From NCBI GenBank assembly GCA_965655095.1, contig OZ296650.1, positions 35,154,001 through 35,218,000 on the forward strand: DNA of 64,000 nucleotides. Reading direction: 5' to 3'. Below, one piece after another: positions 40,101 to 50,321 of this stretch (the first letter of the stretch is position 1; each line of letters starts with the position of its first letter). The position numbers and the translations under genes are program-made. The notes below the pieces were generated by a model, which saw only the letters and a list, made by a program, of their open reading frames with translations, did not search any database and had not been told where the DNA came from. The DNA is from Haplodiscus bocki. Taxonomy: Eukaryota.

Positions 40101-41417
40101 TACGGCGAGAACGCTCTCTTCACATTCTGTCTGCTCTGACCATTTCCCTCGCCCTGTAAACGTAAGATCAAGCGCGTAATGACCAGATTTCGTGATTAGC
40201 ATCTCATTTGGAGTTTTCTGGTCAAAAACAGGAACTGCATCGTTAATGGTGTCGATAACAGCCTTCATACGTTTCATGGCACTTTTGCTAAATAAAAGCG
40301 GGAGGTTCCCGTCAATCACATCAACCACTATAAAACATCTAACAGTGCATATTTCAACAGGCAACCGAATCTTGTATTTCGACCATGATGATTTTCCATC
40401 TCCAAACACAAATTTCGTTTGGGTATCGATTTTCTTAACCCTTTTTCTTGCAGTCTCAGGAAGCGATGCGATAAATCTGCTAATCCATGGATCACCACAT
40501 ACGCTCGAAGTACATGCGGTGTCCAGAATTCCGCGATTCTTTGTAGAGGTATCGACATCAGATCTGTTATTGTGTACAATAGCGCTCTTATTGCACCCTG
40601 CTTCCACAATATGGACACTTTCCACGACATCCACAGTTTCCCCACCATTTGTGTCTCGATCAGGGCAATTGCGGTACCAATGATTCACTTAACCGCAATA
40701 CGAACATCTCGTGATTCGGCCATCTTTGCCGAGAGGATTACGTCCTTGCTGCTTGGGTCCTTTTGAATACGGCCTATCCCGCTGATCCGCATTCTTCTGA
40801 TAAAAACCTTTGCGTTTTTGTCTTGCAGATGTTAAATACACAGGTTCTTCCTTGATCTCTGAAAAATTTGTTCCAACAACTTGGCGTTCGCAATCACCAA
40901 ATATACGTCTCATTGCTGATTTCATCGATTCATACTTTAGCTCCTGAGACGCCGTGAGCGCCATTGGTCGTTCCCGTATATCAAGAGCGGCATTTTCGAG
41001 TAATTTATAAGCGAGAATCTCATCTGGAAGCTCCATTTTGTGAGTCTTTGCCTTCTCATACAGGCGTTCGAATTCCAATATGTACGCAGTAATGGACATA
41101 CCCTCTCTCCGGACACAAATTTCGAAGTTCTTATATGCTTCGTAAGCACAATCCACTTGGTCCCGCTTAAAACTCTTGTCCAGTTTTTCAAAAAGCTTGT
41201 CTATTCCATTATCATCATGCAGGTCGTCTGCAGGTATAGAGAGAGCAATCTGCCTGGGCCTGCCAGTAAGTCGCAGCGCAATTGTAGGTGCCTGCTGTTT
41301 CTTGGTCATGGAAGTGATCCTCCTCCAGATATCAATTTCGTTCCTCCAAGTGGAGTAATCCGTCTTCTCTGTGTCTCCGAGTGTTGGCGGGGTCTTTGGT
41401 GAGCAAGGTTCCGTCAT
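37103..41417 (-). pseudogene. Copia gag-pol polyprotein, disrupted
   Basis: gag 40689-41417 with CCHC knuckle CSYCG*VNHWYRNC broken by TAA; PR/INT 38778-40688 (HVQFAH..CKIC, MDL, VDNGREF, NGLCER); RT/RNase H fragments at 38115-38366 and 37103-38029 (FADASF, YSDNKSL, QLANCLTK); at least 3 frameshifts. Confidence 0.92.
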
Positions 41418-41418
41418 C

Positions 41419-41427
41419 CTGCTACCA
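41419..41427 (-). promoter_or_regulatory. Primer-binding site for tRNA-iMet
   Basis: TGGTAGCAG, 1 nt after the LTR, is complementary to the 3' end (..CTGCTACCA) of animal initiator tRNA-Met. Confidence 0.85.
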
Positions 41428-41428
41428 A

Positions 41429-41557
41429 TGTTTCTGGTAAAAAACTGGGTAGATAAAATAGGTCAATTCAGCTGAATATAGTAAGACCCCACACAACGAT
41501 CGTTCATTAATCTGGAATACCAGTTACAAATTACAACACTAATTAATCAATGAAACA
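41429..41557 (-). repeat. Copia 5' LTR (129 bp)
   Basis: Direct repeat of 36605-36735, TGTTTC...GAAACA. Confidence 0.95.
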
Positions 41558-43942
41558 GTCTCTACCTTAAAGCAAATTAGCATCAAAAGTACTCTAACCC
41601 GAAGGTCTCAAGTCGGTGCTGCCGGTAAGGCTCGCAATATGTTACGGTGTATATGGTAGAAGTTGCTATATTTTGAATATCGGCATTATTTCCATCATTT
41701 GGACCTGTTTTATGCGCGTAGGTGCTTCTTGAACAATTTTGAGCATTTTGCTGAAACTATAAGTGAACCCTTAGCAGTGAGTTTTACGAAAAGTCACGGT
41801 CATAGTCGGGCACTTTTCTAAAAGGACCGACCTTGAGACCGTTCCAGGATGGCATTTTGATTCCCGATAGTGAGGAGGAAAGGCGGACGGCCGTCCCCGC
41901 CTACGGTCGGCGAGCAAGCTCCAACCATTTCGATAGTGATTTTTAACCCAGTATCTCTACTCATTCTTTATGAAAGGAAGAAAGTGTATTGGAAACCGGC
42001 TTATGCTTAGTTTTTAGGCGAGCGAAGCGAAGCCTATTCGCATAAGGACACGCAAAAAAGATTTCGTTTTTTCCCGTTCATGACATCCCTCTGCGTTTCA
42101 TCTCTTCAAATCCAATTTTCTCGGCACCTGTTGGTCGCTTTTTTCCGATTTTTGTATAAACACCATGAAAGGTTCACGATCTATCATGTTCCAAATTTTC
42201 GGACGCCGAAAGTTTTTTTCCAACGAAAAATAACTCAATTCTCGGAGTTTTTTAGAGGGCAAAGGGTATTTTTTTGAGTCATCTTTACAGGAATCTTGGA
42301 AATGCTAATGTTCTCGCATTAATCGTTGGAGCACCATTCAGCTGACTGGCGTGCTGTGATATTTTTGCCGATTTGCAGAGCGGACATTTTTGAATTTTTT
42401 CGAAACAGATTTGACAATCCCCATTGCCCACTGCGTTTCTTAATTTTGACTCTCATTTTCTACAAACGCATTTCTAGGATCCGTTTACTTTTTGCTTAGC
42501 TGCACTGGCAACGTAGTGATTGATCGGAGCCAAAGTTTTCGGTGGCCAAATATTTTTCGCCGGCGAGTTTTTGGCGAAAACAATTGAAAACCCAAATTTT
42601 TTCAGAAGGAAAGTGTTACTTTGTTGCACTTCTCTGGCCTAATATCCCATGCATGGCTTCTCAATGCTGATTAGGAGATGGAATATGAAGCGTTAGTTGC
42701 TTTCACTTTTTAGTGGATAATTTACTGGTTTTTCACAATATTTTTGCAGAAAATTTTTGTCCAAAAAATGAATTTTTAAATAAATTTCTGTATTATCTAA
42801 AGTTAGGCGCGTTCACCATGCCTCAAAGTGATGCATATCACTTGAATTGAGGAACCGTTCCTACAGCTGATTGTGTCACAAAGAACAGAATCTGACTGTT
42901 GCCTCCGATCCATGTCAGAGTATTGATTTCCAGAGGGAGGAAGGAATCCATCCATATACGTCACAGGAATGACTGGTGTAAAGTATCATCAGTGAAATCA
43001 TCAATTATCTTGTTTGTGACCAAAATCTGTGTTCCATATTCCAAGTTAAGTGACTTCTGCATTGATCAATGGGAAGTCATAGCGAGTATAGCTTCCTTTG
43101 TTTGTAATTGTTTCACCAGACATCACGGTTGTCTGCATGCCAGCAAAAGATTTTACCACGAAATGTTTTTATTCAGTCGAAGTAGCCTGTACTTTTTTGG
43201 GCAAAAGTCAAGAATTTCCAAGGGCACATAAGTTTCCCTCAGTAGATGTCTTTGGGAAAATTAGAAGGTCGTTGTTGTTCAGCTTCATTGAAAAGTCCGC
43301 AGGCATTTCATAAGATGAGCTAGATTCAGTGTCCAATACAGGTAATTTCATCTGTTGAAACAAATCGAAAGAACTACAAATTTGATGGTTATTTCTCTCT
43401 TTCATGAGTCTCTCCACCTTCACTGTCTTTCTATTGACAGCGTGTGATTTGTGCATGTTTGTTTGGTTAATGGTAGAGTGAACTGTATACTGTAGGCAAA
43501 TGAAGAACCATTCAAACTCTCAATAACGGCGGTAACTTGCAGAAGGTTTCCGGGAGCGTGCTTCAATGTTTGATGCAAAACTTTCTGTTGGATGTGGTGC
43601 CAAACTCTGATAAGTGTCATCCGGGATGTCCATAAATCGGTAACAGCCACATCTCAAAGCTCTTATCTTCTTCGTTAAGTGCAATCGGGGTGTGATTGCA
43701 TGATACAGAGAAACGGTTGCGGCATGTTGAAAGACAGACATGAATTCTTTATCTGTCGATATCCATACACAGTCGTACAAAGTCCACAATAGTTTTATCT
43801 TCATCTTTTTTTCTGCAAGTAGTAATTGATCATGTCATGAACACCGTGACAACCCTGACTCAGTACGTCCTGCTTTGTAGTCGATTTACATACACTCGGT
43901 AGGAACGTGTAACGTTCTACTGCTCACCTCTATGTAACATGC

Positions 43943-44469
43943 TGTAAGATTGCTGCGGGGGTTGTTGATATAGATCTTTGATATCTTTTCCCTTCTAGTC
44001 TTAAGACTTCAATTCCTTCTTTAGTGGCTATCTTCAGCGCGTGGCGTGAGGAAAATTTTCTTTATCTTGATTGAAGAATTTATCTCAGGAATATAGTGAA
44101 CTATTCAGTAGCAATCCCAAAATCTGCTGTCTCTCCTTAAATCTCTTATTTACAGCTTCATAAATTATCCAATCTATTTTTTGTCATCATGCGGAAATTA
44201 GAGTTCAATATAAGTTTATCTTCAATATCTCTTCTTTGCATTTAATTTCCATGCGGTTATTACATATTTATTTCTTGCCCTCTGATTTATTAGTTGTTTA
44301 TTTTTCCGGATATTAATATTTCCGGTTAGGGGAGGGTTCGTTGTCAAGAAAAGGTACATCAAAGAATCTAGTAACTCCTAGGTTTGATGAATTAAAATTG
44401 AATTAGATTGAGATCATGCTTTCCCAATTAGATTATAATTAATCTTAGAATAGTCGTTAAAATATTACA
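43943..44469 (-). repeat. Gypsy 3' LTR (527 bp)
   Basis: About 98% identical to 56324-56854 (roughly 9 substitutions and one poly-G indel by eye). Confidence 0.95.
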
Positions 44470-44552
44470 CTAGCCGACTTTAAGTTTTATTCTCCGGTTC
44501 TATTTTTCTTTGATGAAATATTATCCATGCTTTCTAACAGGTTACTTCTTCT

Positions 44553-46650
44553 TTAAACTCGGTGCATTTGTCGACTGAGATGTGCATATGTGGGTGCACT
44601 TTCTTCTCTTGTATCCATCAGTTGAGATTCGGTTAGTAGTAAGCTTTGATTACGCCATTGAATATTTTCATCATTCTTACCCGATCCAAGTGTTGGTCTT
44701 CTACCACCATTATTGGTTTTGGGGGATTTTTTTGTCCAGTTTGTGAGAGAAGGGTTGGAATGTGTGGAGTTTTTCGTAGCGGTGTAGCGCAAACATTAGT
44801 CCCAAGTGTAGTACCGCACTAACGTTGAATACTGCAATTCCAATAACCAAATGACTTTTCCACGATAAATAGTTATTGAATTGTTTTTCAAAAGAGGGCT
44901 TTAGCATTGTTAGTTTCTGTGCGATGGGTTCAGCTATTTGTTGGATGTTCTTTTTGTAGCCATATTGTGGTTGGGCTTGAAGTTCGAGTTTGACCGACTT
45001 CAATAGTTTCATATTAGCCTCCACTTTCGTATTGTAGTAAGGTAGTTCATCCACTGTTGGTAGTAGGCTGAACAAGTGTGCCATTGGTTGAGGCAGTTCC
45101 ACGTCCCGTTTGACTGGTGGGACTTTTGCACATGACGATAGGTCAGACCGGATTCTGATATTTTCACCATTTAACTGTTTACCACATTCTAGCGTTATTA
45201 CGCAGATTCTACATCCTTTGACTGTTTTCGAACCTGCCAGTGTTGTAGCGTCCATATAATTTTCTTTGAATTCGAAGTTGGCCTGGGCTGATGAAGTTAA
45301 GAGCCATATTCCATATCCCAGGTTTGTTGCTTTGACTTTCAGTGGTAGTGGGACTGGGACTGTATCACAGACTTCTAACGCATTCATAATTTCTCCAAAA
45401 TATGAAATTGCGAGGCATGACGAGTCTTTATTTTCTGTTGCCAAAGTTTCATGGCATATTCGATACTTGCTTGAGCCAATACATTTGTCAAGTTGATCTC
45501 TCGTTACTAGCGAAGTTTTCAAGTTTTTTGACACTGCCAATTGTTCTGCTTCCATATCCCATTTAATTGCCGTGTCTTCGTCCATTTGGGGTAGAAGCAC
45601 CCTTATTGCTTTGTACACTGTGAATGCTGTTTGTCGTGCTGCAAATGGGGTTGCCATTGTCATCAAAAGACCCTGATCCAGAGTGAATACGTCCAATAGT
45701 AGGCGTGATTCATAATATGCCAGAAGTTCTTGTTTTGGAGTGGCCAGTGTAAGTCGGCTATCCGACTTCTCTTGTGAGTCGTCAACCACTTTCAAAATTT
45801 GTTCCAAAGAGTCTTTGGGTAGTAGTGACATGGCAATATATTTTGAAAGTAAAGAGAATAGCGTTCATTATGTTCATCTGGAATGCGAATAGAGGGGCGC
45901 GATAGGCCTTGACATTGCTGTAGATTAGCGAAAATAGGGAAGATTTTGTATCAAAATTGAAGTTCACCTGTTGTAGTGTGTATGAGAGTTGATCGCAATT
46001 ACGCATGTCGTGAATATTATCGTGGAGTGTTTGAAATTGTTTGTCGATCTATTGCCAGTTCTCATTTTGGGTTTCTATAATTTGGGTTTAGATTTCATGA
46101 AGCAGGGCTAAATCCTTCGCGGCACGGAAAAATTTCTCATCGGTTTCATTTGCAAGTTGTTGTGAGTTATCTCCAGTGGCTATTGTATATTTTCCTAACT
46201 TTTCAATGTTTTTGGCATTCGTTTTGGCCTTTTCTTGGCACGAAACGGCTGCTATAGGTAGTGCTCTTCTAGACCTTTGGTTTTTCTTGATTTCGGTTCC
46301 CTTCAGGAAGGAGGATACCGCTTGTTTTATTTTAGTCAGGTCGTCCTCAGCGAACGCTATTTCTTTTTTTGTTTCTTTTAGAAGCCAGTCTACTTTGAAT
46401 TCGTTTTCGCCTGTGTTTGTGAAATTAACAAACACCGATAGGTCGTCATTTGCCACATGTTCTGTAATTCTTTTGCAACTTTGTCGAGGCTTTCCGTTAG
46501 TTGAATGTCAAATTTTTGATAGGGGCTGAGAATTGGGCGTTTACATATTTTTCGCCCGAGTATTTTTGTCTCTTCATGAAAGAATACTCCTCGTTCAAGA
46601 CTACCGTTATCATTTGTTGCTACTAGTATAAATAGCAAAAGTAGAATCAT
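44553..46650 (-). pseudogene. env-like class I fusion glycoprotein, disrupted
   Basis: Signal peptide MILLLLFILVA; furin site RSRR|ALPIAAV (46265-46276); heptad-like helices; Cys-rich region in ORF 44710-45831; TM segment LVIGIAVFNVSAVLHLGLMFAL; located just before the 3' LTR. Confidence 0.85.
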
Positions 46651-46755
46651 TATGGGGGCTGTTTTTGTTGAAGGTTGTATTAATTAATACCTTTGATTAT
46701 TGGAATACTGTTAGAACACAGATGGTTTGGGGATATATTTGCAATTTAAGTTGCT

Positions 46756-47090
46756 TTAAAGTTCGTCTTCTAGATAGTCCAACAGTTCTTCTAGTTTGTA
46801 TTTGAACGTTGATTCTAACTTCAATGATTTGTAGTGTTTGCTCAGGGTATCATAGAGGCTGTCGTGTTCAATTGTGTCACTTTCAATTTCCATATAGTAG
46901 GGTTCATTGTGGGGTTTGAAGAGAAGACTCTCATTCGAATGAAGGGACAGCATCCACATTGTTGTAATTGAATATTATTGATATAAATTGGGTTGTTTTC
47001 GGGTGGTGTCCACTGTAGGAGTACTTTGAATTGTAATTGAATTGGGGTAAGTTGCCAATGAACTGTAATTGTTTTTCCATATGTATTCAC
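46756..47090 (-). pseudogene. Gypsy accessory ORF C (one frameshift), paralogue of ORF A
   Basis: ORFs 46842-47090 and 46756-46959 join to give QFKVLLQWTPPENNPIYINNIQLQQCGCCPFIRM../..EIESDTIEHDSLYDTLSKHYKS..KLEELLDYLEDEL. Confidence 0.6.
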
Positions 47091-47481
47091 TGTTAGGTCT
47101 TCGAAATAATTTTTTATTTCAATTTGGAAGGGTTTATCAGAATTTCAAACTTCTCCAGCCACTCTTAGATGATTTTTTTTGCCATGCAAAAAATTTGAAA
47201 TTCAGGAGCTTTCGTTTTCTTAAAGAAGGAGAATGAGTAACTGACTGCTGGAGATTAGGTTGTAGAATGATTGTCGCAATAAAAAGGGAATTGTAGTTCC
47301 GTGGATACACATTCGGTGTTTTGACGGATATTAAAGTTGATTTGGACGGGACTTCGCCGGATATTAAATTTTGTTGGTACGGATATTTAAATGTGTCCGG
47401 TCAGATATGAACAGGTTGTCAGAGCTGTCATGGTTTTTGCTGGATCATGGAATGCAATTGTTAGTGTTGCAGTGCAGCCAA

Positions 47482-47766
47482 TTAGGTTTTTTCATTAATT
47501 TGATTTCCCATGAATTGAACTAAGGCATCCAGTTCAGTCGGATGAGGAGATGTATACAGACGTAACAATTTGTAGAGGCTAACGAATTTCTCGATTGTTG
47601 TGGAAATATCGAAGATCGCTTTTTAGCCATTGTTCATGTTAGGTTCGCTGATTGAAAGTCTCAGAGGTGCACAATAGGAGCATTTTTGCCATTGAATTCG
47701 GTGTATCGTAAGCAGTGTATCTTTTCCAGGTGGTTTCCATTGTAAGTTGACGTCAAATTTGTCCAT
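47482..47766 (-). pseudogene. Gypsy accessory ORF A (~94 aa, one internal stop), unknown function
   Basis: MDKFDVNLQWKPPGKDTLLTIHRIQWQKCSYCAPLRL..G*KAIFDISTTIEKFVSLYKLLRLYTSPHPTELDALVQFMGNQINEKT; homologous to ORF C. Confidence 0.6.
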
Positions 47767-49904
47767 TTGTCGTGTTTTTTGCCTTTTTTGTCGGTTCCCA
47801 CAATGGGTAAAAAATTGTAGAAGTGTCGTTTTTACGGGCGGATCGCTAGAGGTAATTTAGCTGTTGGTTGTTTTTGCGGCGGATATTAATGTCGGCGGCG
47901 TGTTAGGTGTCCTCTGAAGTTTTTTTGGCTGTTTTCTCAGTTGTAACCTTATTTAAACATTGTCGTTTAACTGGAAATGAGTTTAATTTATTTTATTTGA
48001 TGAGGTAATAAGCTTTCTGTTGCCTGTTGTAAAGTGACCAGTTGTTTTGGGGCTTTGGCGATCTGCTGTATTACATGTTTCTGATTTATGCTATTGTTTT
48101 TCAGAGAATGGAATGTTCATTTGTTACTTTGTTCGCCGACGCCATCCTGGAATGTTGCGATGATGGAACAACCGTTTTGGCGGGGCTCACGAAGGGTGAT
48201 TTTCTCTCATCGTGATCCGGAGTGTCCGGGTGTAAGTTCTGGCAGTCTCTAGCTACTGGTTATGAACTGGAAGTGGGGAAGTTTGTCCTTCTAGGGGTTT
48301 CGTCCCTGTTGTTCTTCTGCGTTCTGTTGTTCTTTTGGTTACAGGGAAGAAAGAACAGACAGCATGAGAGACTGTGAGGGCAGACTAACTGTTTTATTTG
48401 CAGTTCGTGCAGTGTCATTGCTGAGTTTAGTTTGATACTGTAGTTAGATTACTATCGTTTAGGTGTAGGCGTTGTGTTAGTTAATTGGAAGTGATTTGCA
48501 AATTGGATGTGTATCTTTTTTGTTTTTGAAAGGAAAAAATTTGCAATTGGAATTTAATTTCACTCACTTGGTTAGTGAGCTTCTTTAAAAATAAGTCTAT
48601 GAAGGTGTATTCTTCTGTGTGTGTGTTTCTTACAATTCATGGGCATGCAACGCAATGTTGCTACTTTTCAGAGTTTAGAATGGAAAGGTATAATCTACTT
48701 CAGTTTCTGCTCGGACAATTTCAGTCTGTGGAGGAGGCTGTCAAGTGTGACAGTCCATGTATTGTGAAGGGAGTCAGTTGTTCTTACAAGTCAGTGAAAC
48801 ATCAAGCGTTAGCTCTAAATTGCATTAATGTTCGTCAGTTATTACGATACTTCAAAAATTGGGGCGAGGACAAACCTAATTTATGTGCATTTCCTGAAAC
48901 AAGGGTATTGACTGCACTAATACCGCGTATTGAAAATTTGCAAAGATATGATTCATGATTTAACAGTTCTATAATACCCGTGAGTTCAGTTCATGACCCT
49001 ATTCTGGTAGCAACGGGTAATTGTGTAACTGGGTTGCACAGAGACGTTGGTCCCCCGACAGAAGTTATTGCCTCGCTTTTACGGGGTTGGAAAATCTGGG
49101 TATTTGCCTCCAAAGGGTTCCAGGAAGTGCTGGAATGTGACTAGGGGGAGCAAAGAGCGTATCCATCAGGGATTACGTGGAAAAATGAGGGGCGTCACTC
49201 GAAAGAGGTTTGGCTCTCGAAAACATCGGACCGTTCCCAAAAAGCTCGGTTAGTTTAGTATTTGTTCTAAATGATGATTCCCTTATCATCATTTAGATTA
49301 AATATTAAACTCTGTTATTAGGCTCTGTTTTTCGTTAGATATAATTTATTTTTGCATAATCCGAGATTCCTTATATCCTATCGAAACAAGCTTTGTATTA
49401 GGCGTTCGGGAAGGTATGATGTGTTGGCCTCACTCACTAATCTTAGGCAGTCGAAGTCCGCGTTCGGCCATTTTCATAGGGTGAACACTTTTTGCTCAAA
49501 TTTTGCCAAAAGTATAGTTGTTTTGTGAGCAATAGGTTAGGCCTAGTATCCTACTGTAATCGGCGTTTTCTGTGCTTGATGCTGGAGTATATAGGACTGC
49601 ACTAAAGCTATTTGGTCTCAGTCGAAGTGCGCGTTTGTTGATGACTAGCATGGCTTTTGAGGTGTTTTTGGACTTCATTGCAAAACTGGTTCCATTGTTG
49701 TCAATGTTGCTGGGTAAAAACCTGTCCCTGACATACAGAAATATTTCATTCCGCGGGTTTTCCGGGGTGTTTTTTGTCGTCAACTCTTGTACTTTTTGTG
49801 GTCTTCAAGATGTTGGGAATTTTTTTTGGGCCTTTTTTTGTCTCTTTGCCAATCTTTTTCGTTTCAGTGTCTGTTCAGCCGTTCCGTTTCAATACCTTAT
49901 CGTT

Positions 49905-50321
49905 TCTAATACAAACTGTTATACATACATTCGTCTGTTGGAAAACTTCGTGTAGAGTTTTGTGCACTATTGGTGATTGAAGTTTGTCTGGGCCACATCC
50001 AAGTTTTGGTAGTCGAATGTTTTTCACGCGGTGAGCCTCAGCGTGATTGCGCATCAAGATAAGGCTGTTCCTCAATGCATCATAGAAGGGTTTGTGGAAG
50101 TATTTTGGTTTCGTTACCAAATTGTATAACCATCTTCGTGAATAAAAGTCGTAAAATGCTAACACTGATTCTGGTGTTATTTTTTTGCAGGCTTCTCTTT
50201 TCATTTTTGGGTAGAGTCGGTCGAATCGCTTAGCAATACCTGCTCCCATGAAAAAATCGGAAGGAACACAGTGTCCCATGCTAGATGAAGTTCGAAAAAC
50301 GTCGTCTTGTACTATTGTCAC
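49905..50321 (-). other. TARG1/OARD1 (Poa1p-like) macrodomain fused to the integrase C-terminus
   Basis: GHCVPSDFFMGAGIAKRF..LYNLVTKPKYFHKPFYDALRNSL..RLPKLGCGPDKL matches the family pattern HCxSxDxxMGAGIA / LxTK / KPTY / PRIGCGLDxL. Confidence 0.88.

Larger units (their letters stand above)
36605..41557 (-). mobile_element. Full-length Ty1/Copia LTR retrotransposon, GalEa-like (4953 bp)
   Basis: TG..CA LTRs; TSD ATCTC/GTCTC; domain order gag-PR-INT-RT-RH; GalEa-type motifs LDTACTSSVCG, KARLVARGF, DVKTAFLQG, YGLGDAAR and HVDD; short LTRs and tRNA-iMet PBS. Confidence 0.93.

Noticed and set aside
40689-40691. In-frame TAA between Copia gag and pol as programmed readthrough
   Set aside because: It falls inside the CCHC knuckle (CSYCG*VNH), where a one-base change from TCA (Ser) explains it, and the element has other lesions.
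40192-41402. Plus-strand ORFs of 100-160 aa over the Copia (and similar ones over the Gypsy and LINEs)
   Set aside because: Antisense shadows of the real minus-strand coding regions, with no motifs of their own.
41604-42060. Short inverted repeat (41604-41617 / 41826-41840) and GCGAGCGAAGCGAAGCC motif suggestive of a MITE or Helentron-type element
   Set aside because: Matches are too short and no TSD or second terminus could be defined.
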